Assembly (NCBI RefSeq): GCF_044704955.1
Contig: NC_092008.1
Span: 4,216,001 to 4,280,000, forward strand
From: Pristiophorus japonicus
Lineage: Eukaryota
Direction of reading: 5' to 3'
Length of the DNA stretch: 64,000 bases
A program made the position numbers and the translations under genes. Positions 36,950-47,486 of the stretch are shown piece by piece (positions within the stretch are counted from its first letter, which is position 1; each line of letters begins with the position of its first letter). The notes beneath the pieces were generated by a model, which did no database searches, was not told the origin of the DNA, and saw nothing but the letters and a program-made list of their open reading frames with translations.

Positions 36950-39545
36950 AAAGTTGGTGGGAGTTGTGTACAGACCTCCAAACAGTAGTAGTGATGTTGG
37001 GGAGGGCATCAAACAGGAAATTAGGAGTGCATGCAATAAAGGTGCAGCAGTTATAATGGGTGACTTTAATGTGCACATAGATTGGGCTAGCCAAACTGGA
37101 AGCAATACGGTGGAGGAGGATTTCCTGGAGTGCATAAGGGATGGTTTTCTAGACCAATATGTCGAGGAACCAACTAGGGGGGAGGCCATCTTAGACTGGG
37201 TGTTGTGTAATGAGAGAGGATTAATTAGCAATCTCATTGTGCGAGGCCCCTTGGGGAAGAGTGACCATAATATGGTGGAATTCTGCATTAGGATGGAGAA
37301 TGAAACAGTTAATTCAGAGACCATGCTCCAGAACTTAAAGAAGGGTAACTTTGAAGTTATGAGGCGTGAATTGGCTAAGATAGATTGGCGAATGATACTT
37401 AAGGGGTTGACTGTGGATGGGCAATGGCAGACATTTAGAGACCGCATGGATGAATTACAACAATTGTACATTCCTGTCTGGCGTAAAAATAAAAAAGGGA
37501 AGGTGGCTCAACCGTGGCTATCAAGGGAAATCAGGGATAGTATTAAAGCAAAGGAAGTGGCATACAAATTGGCCAGAAATAGCAGCGAACCTGGGGACTG
37601 GGAGAAATTTAGAACTCAGCAGAGGAGGACAAAGGGTTTGATTAGGGCAGGGCAAATGGAGTACGAGAAGAAGCTTGCAGGGAACATTAAGGCGGATTGC
37701 AAAAGTTTCTATAGGTATGTAAAGAGAAAAAGGTTAGTAAAGACAAACGTAGGTCCCCTGCAGTCAGAATCAGGGGAAGTCATAACGGGGAACAAAGAAA
37801 TGGCAGACCAATTGAACAAGTACTTTGGTTCAGTATTCACTAAGGAGGACACAAACAACCTTCCGATATAAAAGGGGTCAGAGGGTCGAGTAAGGAGGAG
37901 GAACTGAGGGAAATCCTTATTAGTCGGGAAATTGTGTTGGGGAAATTGATGGGATTGAAGGCCGATAAATCCCCAGGGCCTGATGGACTGCATCCCAGAG
38001 TACTTAAGGAGGTGGCCTTGGAAATAGCGGATGCATTGACAGTCATTTTCCAACATTCCATTGACTCTGGATCAGTTCCTATCGAGTGGAGGGTAGCCAA
38101 TGTAACCCCACTTTTTAAAAAAGGAGGGAGAGAGAAAGCAGGGAATTATAGACCGGTCAGCCTGACCTCAGTAGTGGGTAAAATGATGGAATCAATTATT
38201 AAGGATGTCATAGCAGCGCATTTGGAAAATGGTGACATGATAGGTCCAAGTCAGCATGGATTTGTGAAAGGGAAATCATGCTTGACAAATCTTCTGGAAT
38301 TTTTTGAGGATGTTTCCAGTAGAGTGGACAAGGGAGAACCAGTTGATGTGGTATATTTGGACTTTCAGAAGGCTTTCGACAAGGTCCCACACAAGAGATT
38401 AATGTGCAAAGTTAAAGCACATGGGATTGGGGGTAGTGTGCTGACGTGGATTGAGAACTGGTTGTCAGACAGGAAGCAAAGAGTAGGAGTAAATGGGGAC
38501 TTTTCAGAATGGCAGGCAGTGACTAGTGGGGTACCGCAAGGTTCTGTGCTGGAGCCCCAGCTGTTTACATTGTACATTAATGATTTAGACGAGGGGATTA
38601 AATGTAGTATCTCCAAATTTGCGGATGACACTAAGTTAGGTGGCAGTGTGAGCTGCGAGGAGGATGCTATGAGGCTGCAGAGTGACTTGGATAGGTTAGG
38701 TGAGTGGGAAAATGCATGGCAGATGAAGTATAATGTGGATAAATGTGAGGTTATCCACTTTGGTGGTAAAAACAGAGACACAGAATATTATCTGAATGGT
38801 GACAGATTAGGAAAAGGGAAGGTGCAACGAGACCTGGGTGTCATGGTACATCAGTCATTGAAGGTTGGCATGCAGGTACAGCAGGCGGTTAAGAAAGCAA
38901 ATGGCATGTTGGCCTTCATAGCGAGGGGATTTGAGTATAGGGGCAGGGAGGTGTTACTACAGTTGTACAGGGCCTTGGTGAGGCCACACCTGGAGTATTG
39001 TGTACAGTTTTGGTCTCCTAACTTGAGGAAGGACATTCTTGCTATTGACGGAGTGCAGCGAAGATTCACCAGACTGATTCCCGGGATGGTGGGACTGACC
39101 TATCAAGAAAGACTGGATCAACTGGGCTTGTATTCACTGGAGTTCAGAAGAGTGAGAGGGGACCTCATAGAAACGTTTAAAATTCTGACGGGTTTGGACA
39201 GGTTAGATGCAGGAAGAATGTTCTCAATGTTGGGGAAGTCCAGAACCAGGGGTCACAGTCTAAGGATAAGGGGTAAACCATTTAGGACCGAGATGAGGAG
39301 AAACTTCTTCACCCAGAGAGTGGTGAACCTGTGGAATTCTCTACCACAGAAAGTAGTTGAGGCCAATTCACTAAATATATTCAAAAGGGAGTTAGATGAA
39401 GTCCTTACTACTCGGGGGATCAATGGCGAGAAAGCAGGAATGGGGTACTGAAGTTTCATGTTCAGCCATGAACACATTGAATGGCGGTGCAGGCTCGAAG
39501 GGCCGAATAGCCTACTCCTGCACCTATTTTCTATGTTTCTATGAA
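36950..39545 (+). mobile_element. Young CR1 LINE ORF2 (partial endonuclease plus RT, one frameshift near 37865) nested in an older minus-strand CR1 (36425-36950 and 39545-39985)
   Basis: ORFs of 305 and 505 aa; the flanks rejoin as taaatatggaaaccaaaactgcacg. Confidence 0.93.
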
Positions 39546-40650
39546 ACCAAAACTGCACGCAGTACTCCAGGTGTGGCCTCACCAATACCCTGTATAACTG
39601 GAGCAAGACTTCCCTGCTTTTATACTCCGTCCCCTTTGCAATAAAGGCCAAGATACCATTGGCCTTCCTGATCACTTGCTGTACCTGCATACTAACCTTT
39701 TGTGTTTCATGCACAAGTAACCCCCAGGTCCCGCTGTACTGCGGCACTTTGCAATCTTTCTCCATTTAAATAATAACTTGTTCTTTGATTTTTTTCTGCC
39801 AAAGTGCATGACCTCACACTTTCCAACATTATACTCCATCTGACAAATTTTTGCCCACTCACTGAGCCTGTCTGTGTCCTTTTGCAGATTCTTTGTGTCC
39901 TCCTCACACATTGCTTTTCCTCCCATCTTTGTATCGTCAGCAACTTGACAACATTACACTCGGTCCCTTCTTCCAAGTCGTTAACATTATGAGGGGCCTG
40001 GATAGAGTGGATAGGATGGACCTGTTTCCCTTGGCAGAGGGGTCAACAACCAGGGGGCAGAGATTGAAAGTAATTGGGGGGGAGGTTTAGAGGGGGCTTG
40101 AGGGGAAATGTCTTCACCCAGAGGGTGGTGGGGGTCTGGGGTGGAACTCACGGCCTGAAAGGGCGGTAGAGGCAGAAACCCTCACCACATTTGGACGTGC
40201 GCTCACAGCGCCGTAACCCACAGGGCTACGGACCCAGAGCGGGAAAGTGGGATTAGGCCGGGGATGGCTCTTGGTCGGCCGGCACAACGCGGACACGATG
40301 GGCCGCAATGGCCTCCTTCCCGCCCGGTAAATTCCTCTGATTGTATAAGGCCTTGGAGAGGGTGCGGAGGAGATTGACCAGAATGGTCCCAGGGCTGAGG
40401 GCCTTCAGTGACGTGGAAAGGCTGAAGGAGTGTTCTGCGAGGCGCACGAGAAGGTTAAGGGGGAGATGTGATAGAGGAGTTCACAATTATGAGGGGCTTT
40501 TGCTGGAGTCGGTTGGGAGACGCTGGTCCCAGGGGCAGGAGGGTTGGTAACCAGAGGGACACAGATTGACGATAATTGATCGACTGAACCATTTACGTTG
40601 TTTCTCTCTCTCTCTCTCTCTCCCTCTCCCTCCCCACAACCGAACGCAAG

Positions 40651-40759
40651 GTGGGTCAGGCAGCTTATGCAGCTTCCAAAGGTGGTATCGTGTCCATGAC
40701 TCTGCCCATCGCTCGCGACCTGGCACCACAGGGCATCCGGGTGGTCACCATCGCCCCAG
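40651..40759 (+). CDS. HSD17B10: HSD17B10 exon 5
   Basis: aag|[36 protein letters not shown]-g|gtacgt, 109 nt; catalytic YxxxK motif. Confidence 0.95.
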
Positions 40760-40892
40760 GTACGTTCCGCGCGAAGGGGGAAGCTGGGGCGAGGGAGGGC
40801 AGGGGCTGGGAGAATGGGGGAGGGGGACAGAGGAAACGGAGAGCGGGTGGGTGGGATATTAAAGGGTACGGGGAGCGAGCAGGAGAGTGGGA

Positions 40893-41295
40893 TTAACGTC
40901 ACATCCGAAATACTGCCCCTCCGACAGTGCGGCACTCCCTCGGTACTGCCCCTCCGACAGTGCGGCACTCCCTCGGTACTGCCCCTCCGACAGTGCGGCA
41001 CTCCCTCGGTACTGCCCCTCCGACAGTGCGCCGCTCCCTCAGTACCGCCCCTCCGACAGTGCGCCGCTCCCTCAGTACCGCCCCTCCGACAGTGCGGCAC
41101 TCCCTCAGTACTGCCCCTCCGACAGTGCGGGGCTCCCTCAGTACTGCCCCTCCGACAGTGCGGCGCTCCCTCAGTACTGCCCCTCCGACAGTGCGGCGCT
41201 CCCTCAGTACTGCCCCTCCGACAGTGCGGCGCTCCCTCAGTTGGGGGCTTTAACCCACGACCTCCTGACTCCGAGGCGAGTGCAAGACCCACTGA
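40893..41295 (-). mobile_element. Deu-SINE fragment with 33-bp expansion
   Basis: Repeat units plus degenerate tRNA-like head. Confidence 0.78.
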
Positions 41296-41635
41296 GACAG
41301 GCCTGGCACCGGAGACTGGGAGGGAGGGGAATCACTGGGAAAGAATGATTTACTGTGGGAGGGGTTGGGAGGAAGGGCAGTGTGCCGGACAGTGAAGGGG
41401 CCTGAGGAGTGACCATCGATGGAAGGTCTCGCCACAGTAGGTGCAGGTCAGCGAGAGGGTGTGTGTTCAGTGGGAGGGGTGGAATGTGGTTAAATACTTT
41501 TTAATTCTGATCATTTATTTTCCTTTCTGTTCTCTCTCTCCCTCCCCCCCTCTCTCTCTATCTCTCCCCCCTCCCCCCTCTCTCTCCCGCCTCTCCCTCC
41601 CCCTCCCTCTCCCTCCCCCTCCCTCTCCCTCCCCC

Positions 41636-41835
41636 NNNNNNNNNNNNNNNNNNNNNNNNNNNNNNNNNNNNNNNNNNNNNNNNNNNNNNNNNNNNNNNNN
41701 NNNNNNNNNNNNNNNNNNNNNNNNNNNNNNNNNNNNNNNNNNNNNNNNNNNNNNNNNNNNNNNNNNNNNNNNNNNNNNNNNNNNNNNNNNNNNNNNNNNN
41801 NNNNNNNNNNNNNNNNNNNNNNNNNNNNNNNNNNN
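41636..41835. other. 200-N scaffold gap
   Basis: Directly visible; preceded by a long polypyrimidine tract. Confidence 0.99.
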
Positions 41836-42234
41836 CATTAACCAATTCCTTGGCCGGCAAGAACCGAAACAGAGCCCGGCCAATTCCACCCTCTCCACTA
41901 CCACCCCTCATCTCCCGAGGAATCCCCCCCCCCACCCACCCCACTACTCTCCCCGGGGTACGGTACCACTGCTCACTGACCCCCACCCTCGCGTCCAGGC
42001 CGGGTCATTGGGGGGGGGGGGGGGGGGGGGGGCCATAGAGCCCCCCGGGTGAGCCCCCGCCCACCGCCACTTTGGCTCGGGGAACAGGCCGAAGATGGAG
42101 CCTGGACCTTTCCTGCTCGCTGTGCCTGTCCGGGGCTCACACTGCCCACGCCCCTCCCACCTCACCGCTCACAAGCGGTGATCCCCGGGGAACAGTACAG
42201 CGAACGGCGGCGGAACAGAGCGACAAACGGCAAG

Positions 42235-43040
42235 AAAGACAGACTTACATTTCTATAGCACCTTTCACAGCCCCACCGCACGCCTCAAGGCGCCTCACAG
42301 CCAATGAAGTACTTGTGGAGTGCGCTCGCTGTTGCATTGTGGGAAACGGCAACCTGCGCACAGCAAGCTCCCACACACACAGCGATGTGATAATGACCCG
42401 GATCGTCTGTTGGTCGAGGGATAAATATTGGCCCCAGGACACCGGGGAGAACTCCCCCCTGCTCTTCTTCCAATAGTGGCCCCGGGATCTTTTACATCCA
42501 CCCGAGAGGGCAGACGGGGCCTCGGTTTAACGTCTCATCCCGAAATACAGCCCCTCCGACAGTGCGGCACTCCCTCAGTACCGCCCCTCCGACAGTGCGG
42601 CATTCCCTCAGTACCGCCCCTCCAACAGTGCGGCTCTCCCTCAGTACTGCCCCTCCGACAGTGCGGCGCTCCCTCAGTACCGCCCCTCCAACAGTGCGGC
42701 GCTCCCTCAGTACCGCCCCTCCGACAGTGCGGCATTCCCTCAGTACCGCCCCTCCAACAGTGCGGCGCTCCCTCAGTACCGCCCCTCCGACAGTGCGGCA
42801 TTCCCTCAGTACCGCCCTTCCGACAGCGCAGTGCGGCGCTCCCTCAGTACCGTCCCTCCCTCAGTGCGGGGCTCCCTCAGCACTGCCCCTCCGACAGCGC
42901 AGTGCGGCGCTCCCTCAGTACCGTCCCTCCCTCAGTGCGGGGCTCCCTCAGCACTGCCCCTCCGACAGCGCAGTGCGGCGCTCCCTCAGTACCGCCCCTC
43001 CCTCAGTGCGGGGCTCCCTCAGCCCCGCACTGGAGTGTCA
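42235..43040 (-). mobile_element. Deu-SINE with 33/38-bp expansion
   Basis: Tail, Deu core and repeats 42545-43030. Confidence 0.8.
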
Positions 43041-43379
43041 CAGACAGGCTGGTGGAATGGGCGGACATGCGGCAGATAAAGTTTAGCGCAGAAAAGTGCG
43101 AAGTGATACATTTTGGTAGGAAGAATGAGGCGTAGAATACTAAGGGGGGGGGGGGTGGGGGCATGCACAGGTCATTGAAGGGGGCAGGGCAGGTTGAGAA
43201 AGTGGTTAAAAAAGCATGTGGGATCATGGGCTTCATAAATAGAGGTATAGAGTACAGAGGCAAGGAAGTTATACTAAACCTTAATAAAATAAGGCGGGGG
43301 GGGGCAGGAAGACTGAAGAAAGACAACAACAAAAAAAAAGAAATCGGGAAATTCGGCAATGGGAGGCTTCACTTCTCAC

Positions 43380-43598
43380 CTCCCGGTCCCTCAGGTCGGT
43401 CTTGTTGCCCACGACGACGAAGGGGAAGGCGTCGGGGTCTCGGGGAGCGGCCTGCAGCACAAACTCCTGCCGCCAGCCCTCCAGGGCCCGGAAGGAGGGG
43501 GCCGAGGTCACGTCAAAGACCAGGATGCAGCAGTCGGTGCCCCGGTACAGCACCGAGCCCAGCGACTGGAACCGCTCCGTCCCCGCCGTGTCCCACAC
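43380..43598 (-). CDS. Ras-related protein Rab-7a-like, coding exon 3
   Basis: ttgcag|[47 protein letters not shown]|gtgaga, 219 nt, G3 and G4 motifs. Confidence 0.93.
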
Positions 43599-43741
43599 CT
43601 GCAAGGGGGAAGGGGAGAGGAGGGAGGGGAGGGAGGGGGGGAAAAGAGAGAGAGCAGACGTCAAGCCCCAAGCCACACTGAACCTCCCCTCAACCACCCC
43701 GACCTACGCTGCCTCCTCTGGTCTAGCTGAGAATTACAGAG

Positions 43742-44145
43742 TGTAACAGGCTCGAGGGGCTGAACGGCCTCCTCCTGTCCCTAATGTAACAGGCTCGAGG
43801 GGCTGAACGGCCTCCTCCTGTCCCTAATGTAACAGGCTCGAGGGGCTGAACGGCCTCCTCCTGTCCCTAATGTAACAGGCTCGAGGGGCTGAACGGCCTC
43901 CTCCTGTCCCTAATGTAACAGGCTCGAGGGGCTGAACGGCCTCCTCCTGTTCCTAATGTAACAGGCTCGAGGGGCTGAACGGTCTCCTCCTGTTCCTAAT
44001 GTAACAGGCTCGAGGGGCTGAACGGCCTCCTCCTGTTCCTAATGTAACAGGCTCGAGGGGCTGAACGGCCTCCTCCTGTTCCTAATGCAACAGACTCGAG
44101 GGGCTGAACAGCCTCCTCCTGTTCCTAATGCAACAGGCTCGACGG
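43742..44145 (+). repeat. 43-bp CR1-tail minisatellite
   Basis: About 9 copies of the same unit. Confidence 0.9.
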
Positions 44146-44644
44146 GCTGGCCCCTGGTTGTTGACCTCTCTGCTGGGGGAAACTAGTCTGTCCTATCCAC
44201 TCTATCCAGGCCCTCCAATTTTATACACCTCAATAAAGTCTCCCCTCAGCCTCCTCTGTTCTAAAGAAAACCCAAGCCTCTCCAATCTTTCCTCATCACT
44301 AAAATTCTCCAGTCCAGGCAACATCCTGGTAAATCTCCTCTGTACCCTCTCTAGTGCAAACACATTTTTCCTGTAATGCGGTGACCAGAACTGCACGCAG
44401 TACTCCAGCTGTGGCCTAACCAGTGTTTTATACAGTTCAAGTATAACCCTCCCTATAGTATATTGAAGTGGAGAGCGATAGATTTGTGGACTCTCGGGGA
44501 ATCGGGCGGGAAAGTGGTGTTGAGGTCGATCAGCCGCGATCTCACTGAATGGCAGAGCAGGCTCGAGGGGCCGAATGGCCAGCTCTTGTGTTGACCCAGG
44601 AGGCAGTGAGAGAAGGCGGGGAGGCAGCGGTTCGGGACACATAC

Positions 44645-44771
44645 CTGCAAGGCAATGTTCTTGCCGTCAACGGTAATCTCCCGGGTGAGAAAGTCTGCTC
44701 CGATCGTGGCCTTGTACAGATTGGTGTAATGCTTGTTGACGTACTGGTTCATGAGGGCCGACTTCCCCACT
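44645..44771 (-). CDS. Rab-7a-like, coding exon 2
   Basis: tttcag|a [42 protein letters not shown]|gtatgt, 127 nt; Rab7 effector loop YKATIGADF. Confidence 0.93.
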
Positions 44772-44829
44772 CTGAAACACAGCGACAACACAGGGGGTGT
44801 TACCGTGCTCGTCCGACCTCCCACCAACA

Positions 44830-46135
44830 CCTCTCCCCCTCCCCCAGACCCTCTTCCCTTCCCCCCACCCCAAAACCCCTCTTCCCCCCACCCCAAAACC
44901 CCTCTTCTCCCCACCCCAAAACCCCTCTTCTCCCCACCCCAAAACCCCTCTTCTCCCCACCCCAAAACCCCTCTTCTCCCCACCCCAAAACCCCTCTTCT
45001 CCCCACCCCAAAACCCCTCTTCTCCCCACCCCAAAACCCCTCTTCTCCCCACCCCAAAACCCCTCTTCTCCCCACCCCAACAACCCCTCTTCTCCCCACC
45101 CCAACAACCCCTCTTCCCCACCCCAACAACCCCTCTTCCCCACCCCAACAACCCCTCTTCCCTTCCCATCCCCCCACCCAACAACCCCTCTTCCCTTCCC
45201 ATCCCCCCACCCAACAACCCCTCTTCCCTTCCCATCCCCCCACCCCAACAACCCCTCTTCCCTTCCCAACAACCCCTCTTCCCCTCCCAACAACCCCTCT
45301 TCCCTTCCCAACAACTCCTCTTCCCCTCCCAACAACCCCTCTTCCCTTCCCAACAACCCCTCTTCCCTTCCCAACAACCCCTCTTCCCTTCCCAACAACC
45401 CCTCTTCCCTTCCCAACAACCCCTCTTCCCCTCCCAACAACCCCTCTTCCCTTCCCATCCCCCCTCCCAACAACCCCTCTTCCCTTCCCATCCCCCCACC
45501 CAACAACCCCTCTTCCCTTCCCATCCCCCCACCCAACAACCCCTCTTCCCTTCCCATCCCCCCACCCAACAACCCCTCTTCCCTTCCCATCCCCCCACCC
45601 AACAACCCCTCTTCCCTTCCCATCCCCCCACCCAACAACCCCTCTTCCCTTCCCATCCCCCCACCCAACAACCCCTCTTCCCTTCCCATCCCCCCACCCA
45701 ACAACCCCTCTTCCCTTCCCATCCCCCCACCCAACAACCCCTCTTCCCTTCCCATCCCCCCACCCAACAACCCCTCTTCCCTTCCCATCCCCCCACCCAA
45801 CAACCCCTCTTCCCTTCCCATCCCCCCACCCAACAACCCCTCTTCCCTTCCCATCCCCCCACCCAACAACCCCTCTTCCCTTCCCATCCCCCCACCCAAC
45901 AACCCCTCTTCCCTTCCCATCCCCCCACCCAACAACCCCTCTTCCCTTCCCATCCCCCCACCCAACAACCCCTCTTCCCTTCCCATCCCCCCACCCAACA
46001 ACCCCTCTTCCCTTCCCATCCCCCCACCCAACAACCCCTCTTCCCTTCCCATCCCCCCACCCAACAACCCCTCTTCCCTTCCCATCCCAACAACAACCCC
46101 TCGTCCCTCCTTCCCCCCCCCAAAACCCCTCTTCC
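44830..46135. repeat. C-rich 21-33-bp minisatellite in the Rab7-like intron
   Basis: Units ccaacaacccctcttcccttcccatccccccac and ccccaaaacccctcttctcccca. Confidence 0.9.
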
Positions 46136-46288
46136 CTTTCTCTCCCCCCCCCCCCCCAAAACCCCTCCCCATAGACCCCTCCAACCCCACCCCCTCCCAG
46201 GCCCGGTCCCCTCGGCGTTTAATGGCGGAGCAGGCTCGAGGGGCCGAATGGCCGGATCCTGCTCCCCTTCCCGTGGAGCGGTCCATAC

Positions 46289-46341
46289 CCGGAGTTTCCC
46301 AGGAGGACCACCTTCATGTTGATTCGCTTCCTCATCGACAT
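46289..46341 (-). CDS. Rab-7a-like, coding exon 1 (exon 46373-46289 including 5' UTR)
   Basis: [17 protein letters not shown]-gg|gtatgg, 53 nt, phase 2 matches exon 2 and gives P-loop GNSGVGKS; upstream acceptor tttcag ending at 46374. Confidence 0.88.
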
Positions 46342-46659
46342 CCTTCCGTCGGAGACAGCGGCGATCGGATTGTCTGAAACAAGACACAGGCCGGGTTGTT
46401 ACAGGTCTGTCTCTGCCGCAGAGGGCGATGGAGTCTGGCCCACCGAATACATTGAAAGCGGAGATAGACCGATATCTACACGATAAGTCAATCAAGGGTT
46501 TATGGAGAGCGGGTCGGCTGTTGGTGGTCTCATGCTATTCGCAAATTGGCTGCCGTATTTACCCGCCCAACGCGGTTATTGGAAACCGAATGGGATGTTC
46601 TGAGAACATGGCAAGACTTGTATCTCGCCTTTCACCAGTGCAGGTTGTCCCAAAATACT

Positions 46660-47412
46660 TCCTCAGCCAATCAGGCACATTTTTTGAAATGTGGTCATTG
46701 TTGTACTGTCAGAAACGCGGCAGCCGATTTGCGCATAGCAAGCTCCCACACACAGCGATGTGATAATGACCCGGATCGTCTGTTTTAGTGATGTTGGTTG
46801 AGGGATAAATATTGGCCCCAGGACACCGGGGAGAACGCCCCCTGCTTTTCTTCCAATAGTGGTCCCGGGATCTTTTACATCCACCAGAGAGGGCAAACGG
46901 GGCCTCGGTTTAACGTCTCATCCGAAATACAGCCCCTCCAACAGTGCGGGGCTCCCTCAGTACTGCCCCTCCGACAGTGCGGCACTCCCTCAGTACCGCC
47001 CCTCCGACAGTGCGGCGCTCCCTCAGTACTGCCCCTCCGACAGTGCGGCGCTCCCTCAGTACTGCCCCTCCGACAGTGCGGCACTCCCTCAGTACTGCCG
47101 CTCCGACAGTGCGGCGCTCCTTCAGTACCGCCCCTCCGACAGTGCGGCGCTCCCTCAGTACTGCCCCTCTGACAGCGCAGTGCGGCGCTCCCTCAGTACT
47201 GCCCCTCCGACAGTGCGGCACTCCCTCAGTACCGCCCCCTCCGACAGTGCGGCGCTCCCTCAGTACTGCCCCTCCGACAGTGCGGGGCTCCCTCAGTACC
47301 GCCCCTCCGACAGTGCGGCGCTCCCTCAGTACCGCCCCTCCAACAGTGCGGCGCTCCCTCAGTACTGCCCCTCCGACAGTGCGGTGCTCCCTCAGTACTG
47401 CCCCTCCGACTG
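46660..47412 (-). mobile_element. Deu-SINE with 33-bp expansion
   Basis: Deu core plus repeats 46925-47410. Confidence 0.8.
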
Positions 47413-47486
47413 TTTGAGCGGGGAAGGGGGTGGTTTTGGGCGAACGAGAGGGGAGTCTCTCGAGTAACATGTTAAATCTCTGGGCA

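Noticed and set aside
42060-42110. FPEP peptide on the minus strand resembling the RAB7A last exon
   Set aside because: Wrong splice phase, no surrounding similarity and no C-terminal cysteines
44453-46495. 500-680-aa Pro-rich and Gly-rich ORFs on both strands
   Set aside because: Translations of a stop-free minisatellite; only the embedded Rab exons are real
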